Assembly (NCBI GenBank): GCA_965263035.1
Contig: OZ253580.1
Span: 3,520,001-3,584,000 of the forward strand
Source of the DNA: Acidobacteriota bacterium
Lineage (GTDB): Bacteria; Acidobacteriota; UBA6911; RPQK01; JAJDTT01
Reading direction: 5' to 3'
DNA length: 64,000 nucleotides
The translations under genes were made by a program, and so were the position numbers. How positions within the stretch are numbered: position 1 is the first letter of the stretch; each line of letters begins with the position of its first letter. Positions 46,670 through 56,167 of the stretch are shown here, in pieces. A model generated the notes under the pieces. It saw only the letters and a program-made list of their open reading frames with translations, did not search any database and was not told where the DNA came from.

Positions 46670-48331
46670 TTGTATTACTCTGGAGACCGATCGAACAAGG
46701 GACTCGGAATTTTTCTGATTCTGGCGATCCTGGTCGTCACCCTGCTCGGCGGATGGCTGGGCGAGAAGGTCAGCGCCGGCGCTCCGCTCGAAGAAGACAC
46801 CCAGAGGCTGATGAAGGCCTTCACGGCCACCCTGGATCATATCCACTCGGACTACGCCCGGGAGGTGGACGGGAACCGCCTGATAGAGAGCGGCATTCGC
46901 GGTCTTCTGAGATCCCTCGATCCCCACAGTTCTTTTTTCTCCCGGGCCGACTACAGCAAGCTCCAGGAAGAGCAGAAGGGCAAGTATTACGGGCTGGGAA
47001 TCAGCATCAAGGCAGAATCTCCGGGGAGCGGGCGCGTGGTGGTGGAAAAACCTCCCTCCGTCGGGACCCCGGCCTACAAGGCGGGCATCCAGCGCGGCGA
47101 CGTGATCTCCAAGATCAGGGGCAAATCGATCGAGGATTGGGACCTTCTGGAAGAGGTCATCCCCAACCTGAAAGGTCCCAAGGGGACCACGGTTCAGATC
47201 ACCATCGAGCGCCCGGGTGTTCCCGAACCCATCGAAATGACCGTGGAACGGGACGAGATCCCCATGTACACGATCGAGTTCGCTTTCTACCTCCCGAACG
47301 AGATCGGCTATGTGAAGATCAAAAAATTCTCCGAGACCACGGGAGAGGAATTGAACGACGCCCTGATGAGGTTGGACGAATCCAAGCTCCGGGCCTTGAT
47401 ATTGGATCTGCGAGAAAATCCCGGCGGCGCCCTCAACCAGGCGATCCAGGTCGCCGACCGGTTTCTCTCCAAAGGACAACTGGTGGTACGGACCCGCATG
47501 CGCAAGGGTCGAAGCCACGAGTATGTGGCGCCCAAGGGGCGAGATTATGGTTATCCCATGGTCGTTCTCATCGATCGCAACAGCGCCAGTGCCAGTGAAA
47601 TCGTAGCCGGCGCGCTGCAGGACCACGACCGCGCCCTGATCGTGGGCGAGACCAGCTTCGGCAAGGCGCTGGTCCAGACCATCTACCCCTTGGAACAGAA
47701 CAGAGGTCTGGCCCTGACCACCGGCAGGTATTACACGCCGAGCGACCGGCTCATCCAGCGCAGCTACCGTGAAAGCTTTTACGAATACTTTTCGGGAAGG
47801 CGTGACAATTCTTCGTCGGAACGGACCGAGCACAAGACCGACAGCGGGAGGCCCGTCTTCGGCGGAGGCGGCATCACTCCGGATGAAGAGGTCTCCCATC
47901 CGACGCGTCCCAAGATCCTGGGTCAGCTGGCTCGCAAGGACAGCTTCCGTCAATTCGTGGAGAAGCTGTCCAAGGGAGATCTCGATCCCAATTTCCGTTT
48001 CCCCAGCCAGTTGGAACGCTGGAACAATCTTTCGGAGGCGGAGAAGGGCCGGCTGCGCCGGCAGCACCGGGTTACCGAGAAGATTCTCGGCCGGTTCCGC
48101 CAATATCTTGACGACAAGAAGATCGTCTACAATCACGCCGATTTCGACGAAAATAAGCACCTGATCAAGACCTACCTGGAACAGCAGCTCATGGCCCGGG
48201 TCCTGGGTGAGGAAGAAGGACAGAGGGTCGTTTTGAGCATCGACGAACAACTCCGAAAGGCCATCGAGCTCCTGCCCCGGGCGAAAGTCCTCTTTGATAA
48301 CGACGTCGCTGTCAGACAGGGCGACACCTAG
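46670..48331 (+). CDS. ctpA: S41 C-terminal processing peptidase (PDZ)
   Basis: LDPHS, PDZ GLGISI, LDLRENPGG, SASASEIVAGALQD, FGKALVQ; extended -10 TGTTATACT at 46601-46609. Confidence 0.93.
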   Translation: MYYSGDRSNKGLGIFLILAILVVTLLGGWLGEKVSAGAPLEEDTQRLMKAFTATLDHIHSDYAREVDGNRLIESGIRGLLRSLDPHSSFFSRADYSKLQEEQKGKYYGLGISIKAESPGSGRVVVEKPPSVGTPAYKAGIQRGDVISKIRGKSIEDWDLLEEVIPNLKGPKGTTVQITIERPGVPEPIEMTVERDEIPMYTIEFAFYLPNEIGYVKIKKFSETTGEELNDALMRLDESKLRALILDLRENPGGALNQAIQVADRFLSKGQLVVRTRMRKGRSHEYVAPKGRDYGYPMVVLIDRNSASASEIVAGALQDHDRALIVGETSFGKALVQTIYPLEQNRGLALTTGRYYTPSDRLIQRSYRESFYEYFSGRRDNSSSERTEHKTDSGRPVFGGGGITPDEEVSHPTRPKILGQLARKDSFRQFVEKLSKGDLDPNFRFPSQLERWNNLSEAEKGRLRRQHRVTEKILGRFRQYLDDKKIVYNHADFDENKHLIKTYLEQQLMARVLGEEEGQRVVLSIDEQLRKAIELLPRAKVLFDNDVAVRQGDT

Positions 48332-48337
48332 ACCGAA

Positions 48338-50086
48338 ATGGCTCGGCCGGCAACTGGAACAGACCGGGAATGGGTTCCTGTGTGGAGGCTTGAGCCTTCC
48401 GCCGGCTCGGCGCCCGGATTTCGGCAACGCTTTGTCAGGAACGTGGCTGTCCTGGCCGGCTTGGCCTTGCTCGCCGGCTGTAGTTCTCAGCGTCGGGTCG
48501 CCGTGCCCGTTCCCACCGACAGTTCACCCGTAGCTGCTGCACACCCGCCAGCGAGAACCGACGACCAGGCTCCGGATCAGGACCTGGAGATCAAGCGAGA
48601 GCTGGCCGAGAACCGGGTTAGGGAACGCATACGGTCTTCGTTGCAGCTTTTCCTTGAGGGCGAGTCGCTGTTCAATCAGGGACGGCGTGACGAAGGCGGG
48701 GACTACTTCCTGAGAGCCCTGGGTCAACTGGTGGAACCCAAGGAGGAACCCGTTCCGAACCGTCAGTTGGAAGGGGCCTACTTCTCTCTGTTGGGCAAGA
48801 TCGAGGATCTGAGGCTGGAAGACCTGGACAGCGCCCGAGAGGAGGACAGTCCCATCGAATGGCTGGCCAACCGCAATGTCTTTACCATTCGGGTGGACCC
48901 GAAGTTGAAGCATCTGGCCAGCGAGGATCTGCTGACGTCCGAATTTGACGTCCCCGTGGTCCTCAATGAACGAGTGCTCCGATTCCTGACCTACTACCGG
49001 ACGCGTGGCCGGGTCTTCATGGAGCGGGGGCTGCAGCGTTCGGGCCGTTACCTGGAAATGTTCAGGGCCGTGTTTCGCCGAGAGGGTATCCCCCTCGATC
49101 TGGTCTACGTGGCCCATATCGAGAGTCTCTTCCGACCCGACGCGCTCTCACGGGCGCGGGCTAAGGGCATCTGGCAATTCATTCGAGGAACCGGACACCT
49201 CTATGGTCTCAGGCAGGACTGGTGGATCGACGAACGTTCCGACATCCTGAAGTCCACGGTGGCCGCCGCCCGGTTCCTGAAACACCTCTACGGCGAGTTC
49301 GGGGACTGGTACCTGGCTCTGGCCGGGTACAACTGCGGCCCCCGGAGAATCGAGCGGATTCTCCGGCGCTACGGGCGCATCGACTACTGGGAGATGGCCC
49401 GTCGCCGGCTCCTGCCGCGGGAGACCAGGAATTACGTGCCCTCTTACTTGGCCGCCACCATGATCTTCAAGAACCCGGCCCGGTACGGATTCCAAGTCGA
49501 ACCGGATCCCGAACTGAGATTCGAATTGGTCCCCATGGAACACCAGGTGGACCTGGATACCTTGGCCGAACTCATCGAGGTTCCGGCCCGGCTGCTGGAT
49601 GACCTCAATCCGGAGCTGAGGAGACGGGTGACTCCCCACAAGCTCCCAGGGTATCGGATGAAGGTACCCGTAGGCAGGGGAGCGATGACTCAGGAAAGGG
49701 TGGCCCAACTTCCACCCGAGAAACGAATCAGGCTTCGCCACCACCAAGTCAGAAAGGGAGAGACGCTGTCGCTGATCGCCCGCCGTTACGCCACCTCGAT
49801 TCAGGCTATCGCTCAGGCCAATCGGCTTCGGAGCATCCATCGGCTCCGGATCGGGCAGGAGCTGGCTATTCCACTATTCCCTTCCGGAAGGGGCGGCGCG
49901 GCTCGCCGCGCGGCCTCGAGGGTGCGTCGTTCCGACTCGTCGGGCCCGCACGTCGTCAGCCGGGGAGACACGCTCTACGCCATCGCCCTAGCCTACAGGG
50001 TGAAACTCAAGGACCTGCTCCGCTGGAACAATCTGAGTCCAAGGCAGCGGATCTTTCCGGGACAGAAGATCCTGGTCTCGCCGTAG
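48338..50086 (+). CDS. mltD: MltD-like lytic transglycosylase lipoprotein with two LysM domains
   Basis: Lipobox LLAGC, IESLF..AKGIWQF, ALAGYNCG, ETRNYVP; LysM HQVRKGETLSLIA and HVVSRGDTLYAIA. Confidence 0.9.
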   Translation: MARPATGTDREWVPVWRLEPSAGSAPGFRQRFVRNVAVLAGLALLAGCSSQRRVAVPVPTDSSPVAAAHPPARTDDQAPDQDLEIKRELAENRVRERIRSSLQLFLEGESLFNQGRRDEGGDYFLRALGQLVEPKEEPVPNRQLEGAYFSLLGKIEDLRLEDLDSAREEDSPIEWLANRNVFTIRVDPKLKHLASEDLLTSEFDVPVVLNERVLRFLTYYRTRGRVFMERGLQRSGRYLEMFRAVFRREGIPLDLVYVAHIESLFRPDALSRARAKGIWQFIRGTGHLYGLRQDWWIDERSDILKSTVAAARFLKHLYGEFGDWYLALAGYNCGPRRIERILRRYGRIDYWEMARRRLLPRETRNYVPSYLAATMIFKNPARYGFQVEPDPELRFELVPMEHQVDLDTLAELIEVPARLLDDLNPELRRRVTPHKLPGYRMKVPVGRGAMTQERVAQLPPEKRIRLRHHQVRKGETLSLIARRYATSIQAIAQANRLRSIHRLRIGQELAIPLFPSGRGGAARRAASRVRRSDSSGPHVVSRGDTLYAIALAYRVKLKDLLRWNNLSPRQRIFPGQKILVSP

Positions 50087-50308
50087 GAACAAGGAAAGCT
50101 CCCTCACCGGCTGGGCTCCGGAGGATTCATGGAAGAAACAAGCCTTCGAACCAATCTGGCTCCAAAATCCTTAACCAGATCGTTTTCGGTAGAGGTGCCC
50201 GCTACGCGAAAACTACGCGCCTTTCTTCACTCTTTCCTCTTTCCTCAGTTTCTCAGAAGTCCCCCACCGGCCCCGGCCCGGCGCAATCCAACCAGAAAAA
50301 CGGGATGT

Positions 50309-50383
50309 CTGGGAGCAACAGCTTTCCAGCCGCCGGTTCCGCGTCGGCGATGAAGACGGGGACAAGAATGTCCTCGCTCCCAG
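50309..50383. repeat. REP-like composite (second copy)
   Basis: CTGGGAGCAACAGCTTTCCAGCCGCCG ... GGGGACAAGAATGTCCTCGCTCCCAG, inverted ends CTGGGAGC/GCTCCCAG; related to 1941-2040. Confidence 0.6.
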
Positions 50384-50581
50384 GGTGCCCGTATTGTTTT
50401 TCTAGGAAGAGAAGAGGGAAGAGTGTAGAGGCCGGTCGGTCACCTCGCCGGTGACACCCGAGCCAGATGAACCTGGATCCCTGTTTTCCCCCTGACTGAG
50501 GTGGATCAGGGTTGCTGGGGAAGCTTTCCGAAGAACCCGGTTCCAAGAAAATCTCTGCGGGATGATGCGGGTCGGCGAGGT

Positions 50582-51784
50582 TCAGGACCGGCCGGCCCGG
50601 ACCAGCTTCGCGGTCTCGCGGGCAATGACCAGTTCCTCGTTGGCCAGGATCACGAAAACCTGGACCGGTGACCCGGGGGCGGAGATGCAGCCCTCCCGGC
50701 CCCGAGAGTCGTTGGCGCCGGCGTCCAGGTGGATCCCCAGGAACTCCAGCCCCTGACAGATCTTCCGCCGGATCGCGATGCCGTTTTCTCCGATGCCGCC
50801 GGTGAACACGAGGGCGTCGAGCCCACCCAGTACCGCCGCATAGGCCCCCACGTACTTGCGAGTCTCGTGCACCAGCACGTCCAGGGCCAGAGCGGCTCTT
50901 GGGTTCCCACGGCCTGCCGCTTTCTCCAGATCCCGTACGTCGCCGCTCACCCCCGAGATACCCTTCAAGCCGGAGTCCTTCACCAGCCGCTCCCGAAGCT
51001 GTCCAGGGCTGAGGTCCTCATTCTCCAGCAGGTAGAGAACGACGAACGGGTCCAGATCGCCGTTTCTGGTGGCGTTGGGCAGGCCGGACTGCGGAGAGAA
51101 GCCCATGCTGGTCTCCACCGAGATGCCCCCTTTGAGGGCGCAGACACTGGAGCTGCCTCCCATATGACAGGAGATGATTCGCAACTCCCGATCCGGATTT
51201 TCCAACAGTTGCGGCGCTCGCAGGGAGACGTACCGGTGGGAGGCGCCATGGAACCCGTAGCGGCGAATGGCGTGCTTTTGGGACCATTCGAAGGGAATGC
51301 CGTAGGTGCGGGCGGCCTCGGGGATGGTCTTGTGGAAAGCGGGCTCGAAGACCCCCACCAGCGGCTTCTCCGGCAGTATCTCACGGAAGATGCGGAACGC
51401 CTGGATGTAGGGGGGATTGTGAGCGGGCGCCAGGGACGTGTACTCCTCCATGGCGGCGATGACCTGGTCCGTGATCAATACCGAATCGGCGATCCCCTTG
51501 GCGTGCACCGGCTTGAATCCCACGGCGTCCAGTTCTTCCAGGCTGTTCAGAACTCCGGATGCCGGGTCGGTCAGCAGCTTGAGTGCGTGGTCTACGGCCG
51601 CTCGCTGGTCGGGACACTCCAGATCTCCCGTCAACTCCGGTTCCTGGCCTCGCCGATAGTTGAAGGGAGACGATGGGCCGCCCACCCTCTCCACCCGGCC
51701 GGCGGCCAGAATCTCTTCGTCCTCCATCCGGAAGAGACGGAACTTGAGGGACGTGGATCCGACGTTGACGACCAGAACCTGCAT
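50582..51784 (-). CDS. ackA: Acetate/propionate kinase family (divergent active site)
   Basis: NVGSTSLKF, LAPAHNP, RRYGFHGASH, CHMGGSSS, TSMGFSPQSG, FTGGIGEN, ANEELVIA. Confidence 0.88.
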   Translation of the reverse strand: MQVLVVNVGSTSLKFRLFRMEDEEILAAGRVERVGGPSSPFNYRRGQEPELTGDLECPDQRAAVDHALKLLTDPASGVLNSLEELDAVGFKPVHAKGIADSVLITDQVIAAMEEYTSLAPAHNPPYIQAFRIFREILPEKPLVGVFEPAFHKTIPEAARTYGIPFEWSQKHAIRRYGFHGASHRYVSLRAPQLLENPDRELRIISCHMGGSSSVCALKGGISVETSMGFSPQSGLPNATRNGDLDPFVVLYLLENEDLSPGQLRERLVKDSGLKGISGVSGDVRDLEKAAGRGNPRAALALDVLVHETRKYVGAYAAVLGGLDALVFTGGIGENGIAIRRKICQGLEFLGIHLDAGANDSRGREGCISAPGSPVQVFVILANEELVIARETAKLVRAGRS

Positions 51785-51803
51785 GGCGAGAGTCCGATCC
51801 CGG

Positions 51804-52715
51804 TCAGCCGGCGGCCCGGTGGGCGACCAGCCGGCCGATGGCGATGGAACGAATCTTGGTTTCAGGCGTTTCGGCCCGGGAAAGGAGTATCAATGGGACC
51901 CGGGCGCCGACCACGATCCCACCCGACTCGCCGTGAGCCATATAGAGAATCGCCCGGTAGAGGATGTTGGCGGCTTCGATGTCGGGAGCGATGAAGACGT
52001 CCGTGTTCTCAACCAGAGGGGTCTCGATCCCCTTGCGGTCGGCCGCGAACCGGCTCATGGGAACGTCCAGGGCGATGGGACCCTCTATGTAGGCGCCCTT
52101 CAGCTGCCCCCGGCGATTCATCATGGTCAGACCCGCTGCGTCCACCGTGGCCGGCATGGCGGGATTGACGAATTCCAGAGCGCACAGGATTGCCACCTTG
52201 GGCTCCTCGATGCCCAACGCGTGGGCCACTTCGATGGCATTGCGGCAGATCTCCACTTTCTGAGTCAGATCGGGGGCCAGATTGATGGCGGCGTCGGTCA
52301 TGATCATGAGACGGTCGATGCCGGGCACCTGAAAAACGATCACTTGGCTCAACTGGCGGCCGGTTCGGAGGCCCTTCTCCCGATTCAGGACGGCTCGAAT
52401 CAGCACGGAGGTGTTGATCTTTCCCTTCATCAGGAGATCCGCGGCGCCCTCTCGGACCAGCTCGATGGCCTCGAGGGCCGCCGCGCTGTCATCCGGCTGG
52501 TGGATCAGCTGTCCCGAATCGAGGTGGAGCCCGGCGGCATCCGCCATCGGCTCGATTTTCTTCCTGTCGCCTACCAGAAGTCCCTCGGCCAGACCCATCT
52601 CGCGAGCCAACTGGAGCGACTCGATGACGTCCGGGTCGTGGCCCGCGGCCACGGCGATCCGGGCTGGACCCAACCTGATGGAGGCATCGACCAATTCATC
52701 CAGATTGCGAAACAT
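51804..52715 (-). CDS. Phosphate butyryl/acetyltransferase (Ptb-like)
   Basis: ADLLMKG, TDAAINLAPDL, EGPIALD, APDIEAANILY, PLILLSRA. Confidence 0.88.
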   Translation of the reverse strand: MFRNLDELVDASIRLGPARIAVAAGHDPDVIESLQLAREMGLAEGLLVGDRKKIEPMADAAGLHLDSGQLIHQPDDSAAALEAIELVREGAADLLMKGKINTSVLIRAVLNREKGLRTGRQLSQVIVFQVPGIDRLMIMTDAAINLAPDLTQKVEICRNAIEVAHALGIEEPKVAILCALEFVNPAMPATVDAAGLTMMNRRGQLKGAYIEGPIALDVPMSRFAADRKGIETPLVENTDVFIAPDIEAANILYRAILYMAHGESGGIVVGARVPLILLSRAETPETKIRSIAIGRLVAHRAAG

Positions 52716-52769
52716 TTCTCCTTACTCCCTTGGTCGACCCGGGAATCGGGGCCGTGCTCGATCAGCGGC

Positions 52770-53990
52770 TCAGGAGCCGATGACCTCAGCGGCGATGGAT
52801 TCGAACTCCTCGTCCGTCAGCAACGCCTTGTTCCGGATTGAAACCTGCTTCACGCGATCCACGATCTCCTTGGTCTGATCGGCGGTCGCGCTCATTCCAC
52901 GCTCCTCCAGCGCCTCCTCCACGTTGGCCAATCCGGCGCCCTTGCCGAGGGCGATCGCGACGCCGGGACGGCCGACCACCTGGGGAAGAAAGGGAATGTA
53001 TTCCAGGGGCTCCACGTTCTTGCAGCGCCGGTGGAACATGGCCACGATTCCCGATTCGATCTTGTACAGGGAATCGCCCACGATAGGCCGGTTGGGCGGC
53101 AGCTCGACATTGGACAGCTTCTGCACCAGCTTGGAGAGTTCGTAGAGCTTCTCGGTCTTCACGCCGACATCGACCCCGTAGAGCACCTTCAGGGCCATGA
53201 CCGTGTCCTCCAGGGGCACGTTGCCGGCCCGCTCGCCGATGGCCGAAACGGTGACGTGAGCCACCGAAGCCCCGTTGGAGAGAGCCGCGATCGTGTTGGC
53301 CACACCCAGGCCGAAGTCCTCGTGGCAGTGGATCTCGATGGGCTGCCGGAAACGAGCCCGGAGCTTCTTGAGCACCATGGCGATCCCTTCGGGAGAGCAG
53401 ACCCCGAAGGAGTCGGCCAGGGTGAGTGCGTCCATATGCCCTTCGGTGGAAACCCGCTCGATCAGGTCCATGTAACGATCCAAATCCGACCGGGTGCTGT
53501 CGATGGTGAAGAAGACGGTATACAGACCCGCTTCCTTGGCGGCCAAGGTGGTGTCGATGGAGGACTTGATGGCCCAGTCCATGTCCTTGCCGTAGGCGTT
53601 GGCGATGATGTGATCGCTGGAGGGAATCTCGGTAATGATCCCGTCGACGCCGCAGTCCTTGGCCTGCTTGACGTCTACGGGCATGCAGCGGGCAAAGGAG
53701 AAGATCTCGGAATCCAGGCCCAGGGAGACGATGTCCTTGATGGCCGCCTCATCTTCGTCGGAGACGGCGGGCATGCCGGCCTCGATTCGATGGACGCCGG
53801 CTGCCGCCAGCTTCTGAGCGATGGCCACCTTCTCGTCCCGCCGGAACACGATTCCCGTCTGTTGCTCGCCATCGCGGAGGGTCACATCGTGAATTCGGAT
53901 CTGGTCGGGAAAGTTGAGATGCTGCCGGGCTTCCGGCGAAAAATTCCAGGGGCTGGCAAACCAGCTGTCCGTTTTCCACTCTTGACTCAT
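52770..53990 (-). CDS. DRE-TIM metallolyase (homocitrate/citramalate synthase-like, no regulatory domain)
   Basis: DVTLRDGEQ, HCHEDFGLGVAN, IGERAGN; 406 aa; RBS GGAGG. Confidence 0.85.
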   Translation of the reverse strand: MSQEWKTDSWFASPWNFSPEARQHLNFPDQIRIHDVTLRDGEQQTGIVFRRDEKVAIAQKLAAAGVHRIEAGMPAVSDEDEAAIKDIVSLGLDSEIFSFARCMPVDVKQAKDCGVDGIITEIPSSDHIIANAYGKDMDWAIKSSIDTTLAAKEAGLYTVFFTIDSTRSDLDRYMDLIERVSTEGHMDALTLADSFGVCSPEGIAMVLKKLRARFRQPIEIHCHEDFGLGVANTIAALSNGASVAHVTVSAIGERAGNVPLEDTVMALKVLYGVDVGVKTEKLYELSKLVQKLSNVELPPNRPIVGDSLYKIESGIVAMFHRRCKNVEPLEYIPFLPQVVGRPGVAIALGKGAGLANVEEALEERGMSATADQTKEIVDRVKQVSIRNKALLTDEEFESIAAEVIGS

Positions 53991-54242
53991 GTGAAATTCC
54001 TCCTGGACGAGACACAGGGAACGAGCCCTGAAACGTTACTGTTCGGTTGCTCGGGGGACGGCGCGGAGCCTACCGCATACGGGGGCCGAACCACCCTCCC
54101 TCTCAAAAGAGCATGTATCATAGCATGGACGAAAAGTGAGGGAAGGCGAGCAGCTTTAGAAAAGGGACACTCTACGGGAGGAAGCGGGGGTGCGTTGCAG
54201 GGGCCGTTTTCGTCTCGCACCACCTCCTTCGGCGGAAACGAT

Positions 54243-55592
54243 ATGAGCAGGCAGGGTCCCGACTGGCTCTTGGGCGAGCTACCCGATCTGGTGGCGCATG
54301 GGATCCTGAGCCGGGATGCGGCCGATCGGTTACGTGCCCATTATGAAAAGACCGGGAGCGCCGCCGGACGCCGGCTGGGCCAAACCGTCACTGCGGTCTT
54401 TGGCTCTGTATTGATCGGTCTCGGGATCATTCTGGTCCTGGCGTACAACTGGCAGGAACTGTCGAGGCCGCTACGGGCGGGGATTTCCTTCACGTTGCTG
54501 CTGGGCGCCCAGGGCGCCGCCGGCTGGGTTCTGTTGCGGCCCGTCCGGGCCCGTTCCTGGCGCGAAGGGACGGCATGCCTGTTGTTTCTGGCCGTGGGAA
54601 CCACCATGGGCCTGATCGCGCAGACTTATCACATCCCTGGAGACTTCAGCCGATTTCTTCTGATCTGGCTGTTGCTGGCCCTCCCGGTCGTCTATCTCCT
54701 GAACACCGGCGCGGCTGCGGCTCTCTACCTGGTGGGAGTGACGGTTCTGGGTGGTTTCGAGTCGGCCAGCGGGGAGGGGCCCATCCTCTATTGGGTCTTG
54801 CTGGCGTTGGCTGCACCCTTTCTCTGGTCGCGTCTAAGGCGAGACCGGCAGGACGCCGCCCTCGTCCTGCTGCTCTGGCTTGGAGCAATATCCCTCTGTT
54901 TCGGTTTCGGTTTCAGCATCTCGGGTTCGTCGGAGCATCTCTATCTGGTCGTCTACGCCGGCCTGTTCTCATCCCTTTACCTTGCGGGACGGATCTGGTT
55001 TGGACAGGCTCCCCGCGTCTGGCGGCGTCCTCTGCAATGTGTCGGGGGGCTGGGAGCCTTCGGATTGGCCTTCCGCTTTTCCTACCAGGATTCTTGGCAG
55101 CATCTGGCGCGCCTGGCCCAGACAGAACGGGACTGGTTGGATGCGGGTCCGGGCATCGTACTGATCGGGACCTGCCTGGCTCTGTCGGTGATCCTGGGTT
55201 GGCTCAGCCTGGCGGCGGGTCGGCGGGAGGGACTGCTCTGGGGCTCCTTCGGCGCGGTAGCATTTCTGGGCCATCTCCTGATGCTGGCGCTGGAGTCGAC
55301 GCTGGTCCCGGTGTCTCTGGTAAATCTCTATTTGCTGATTGCCGGAGCGGCGGTCGTGAGCCGTGGGGTCCGCCGCGAGCGGATGGGGACCGTCAATCTG
55401 GGGATGCTCATCCTGGCCGTTCTCATTGCGGCCAGATTCTTCGACAGCGATCTGGGATTGGTGGTCCGCGGGATCGTTTTCATCCTGGTAGGTGCCGCCT
55501 TCCTGTTGACGAACGCTCTTCTGGCACGCCGCTTTCGGGGCCACCGGCGTGCGAGAGATGGTTCGTGGCCGCCCGCCGAGGGGGCGCCATGA
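54243..55592 (+). CDS. DUF2157 domain membrane protein
   Basis: WL..EL..LV..GIL..., GLGIILVLAYNWQELSR, LIAQTYHI, multiple TMs. Confidence 0.85.
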   Translation: MSRQGPDWLLGELPDLVAHGILSRDAADRLRAHYEKTGSAAGRRLGQTVTAVFGSVLIGLGIILVLAYNWQELSRPLRAGISFTLLLGAQGAAGWVLLRPVRARSWREGTACLLFLAVGTTMGLIAQTYHIPGDFSRFLLIWLLLALPVVYLLNTGAAAALYLVGVTVLGGFESASGEGPILYWVLLALAAPFLWSRLRRDRQDAALVLLLWLGAISLCFGFGFSISGSSEHLYLVVYAGLFSSLYLAGRIWFGQAPRVWRRPLQCVGGLGAFGLAFRFSYQDSWQHLARLAQTERDWLDAGPGIVLIGTCLALSVILGWLSLAAGRREGLLWGSFGAVAFLGHLLMLALESTLVPVSLVNLYLLIAGAAVVSRGVRRERMGTVNLGMLILAVLIAARFFDSDLGLVVRGIVFILVGAAFLLTNALLARRFRGHRRARDGSWPPAEGAP

Positions 55593-56167
55593 TGCAGTTC
55601 CGGACGCTGGTATTTGCCTTGGCGGTGTTCTGCCAGCTTGGCGTCCCCGCTTGGATGATCCTCGACCGGGAGTGGACCCTCCGCGACGGCGTGAGAGTCA
55701 AGTTCAGGGTGGAGTCCATGGATCCCGGGAGTGCGGTCCTGGGGCGCCATGTTCGCTTCAAGATCCCCTCTTCGGAGGTCGCCCTCGACGAATCGGTCGA
55801 ACGCCCGTCGGTGGTTTGGGCCTACGGCGTCCTGGATTTGGACCAGGAGGGTTTCGGCCGCTTCACCTCCGTTCGGGATGAACCCCCCGAATCTGGTGTC
55901 TACCTCAGGGTGCGGGTCCGGAGAGAAGGGAAGACGGGCAGCATTCAACTTCCTTTCGACCGATTCTACCTGCCCGAAGACGTGGCTTCGGAAACCGACA
56001 CCAGGCGTGGACACCCAATTCGTTCCGGCAAGAGGGATGCCTATGTCACGCTCCGCTTGCATCGGGGCGACGGAGTGGTCGAGGATTTCTACGTCCGGGA
56101 CACCCCGATCCTGGACTACTTCAAGGCTCCTCCGGAGCCAGATGGAACTAAAGGAGACGTGCCATGA
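55589..56167 (+). CDS. GDYXXLXY domain membrane-anchored protein
   Basis: N-terminal anchor, E.TLRDG..V...DPGSAVLGRHVRF (variant of DPRD..RGDY..L), FDRFYLPE; ATGA overlap with the DUF2157 gene. Confidence 0.75.
   Translation: MMQFRTLVFALAVFCQLGVPAWMILDREWTLRDGVRVKFRVESMDPGSAVLGRHVRFKIPSSEVALDESVERPSVVWAYGVLDLDQEGFGRFTSVRDEPPESGVYLRVRVRREGKTGSIQLPFDRFYLPEDVASETDTRRGHPIRSGKRDAYVTLRLHRGDGVVEDFYVRDTPILDYFKAPPEPDGTKGDVP

Noticed and set aside
50129-50353. 74-aa ORF with GGAGG upstream
   Set aside because: It runs through low-complexity and REP-like repeats and has no recognisable protein features.
50455-50485. TPP riboswitch-like word TGAACCTGGATCC
   Set aside because: The CTGAGA and downstream AATGC...AGGGA elements are missing, and there is no co-oriented downstream gene.
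53031-54242. N-terminal 404 aa of the 853-aa ORF 53031-55592
   Set aside because: Antisense to the DRE-TIM gene; the DUF2157 protein begins at ATG 54243.
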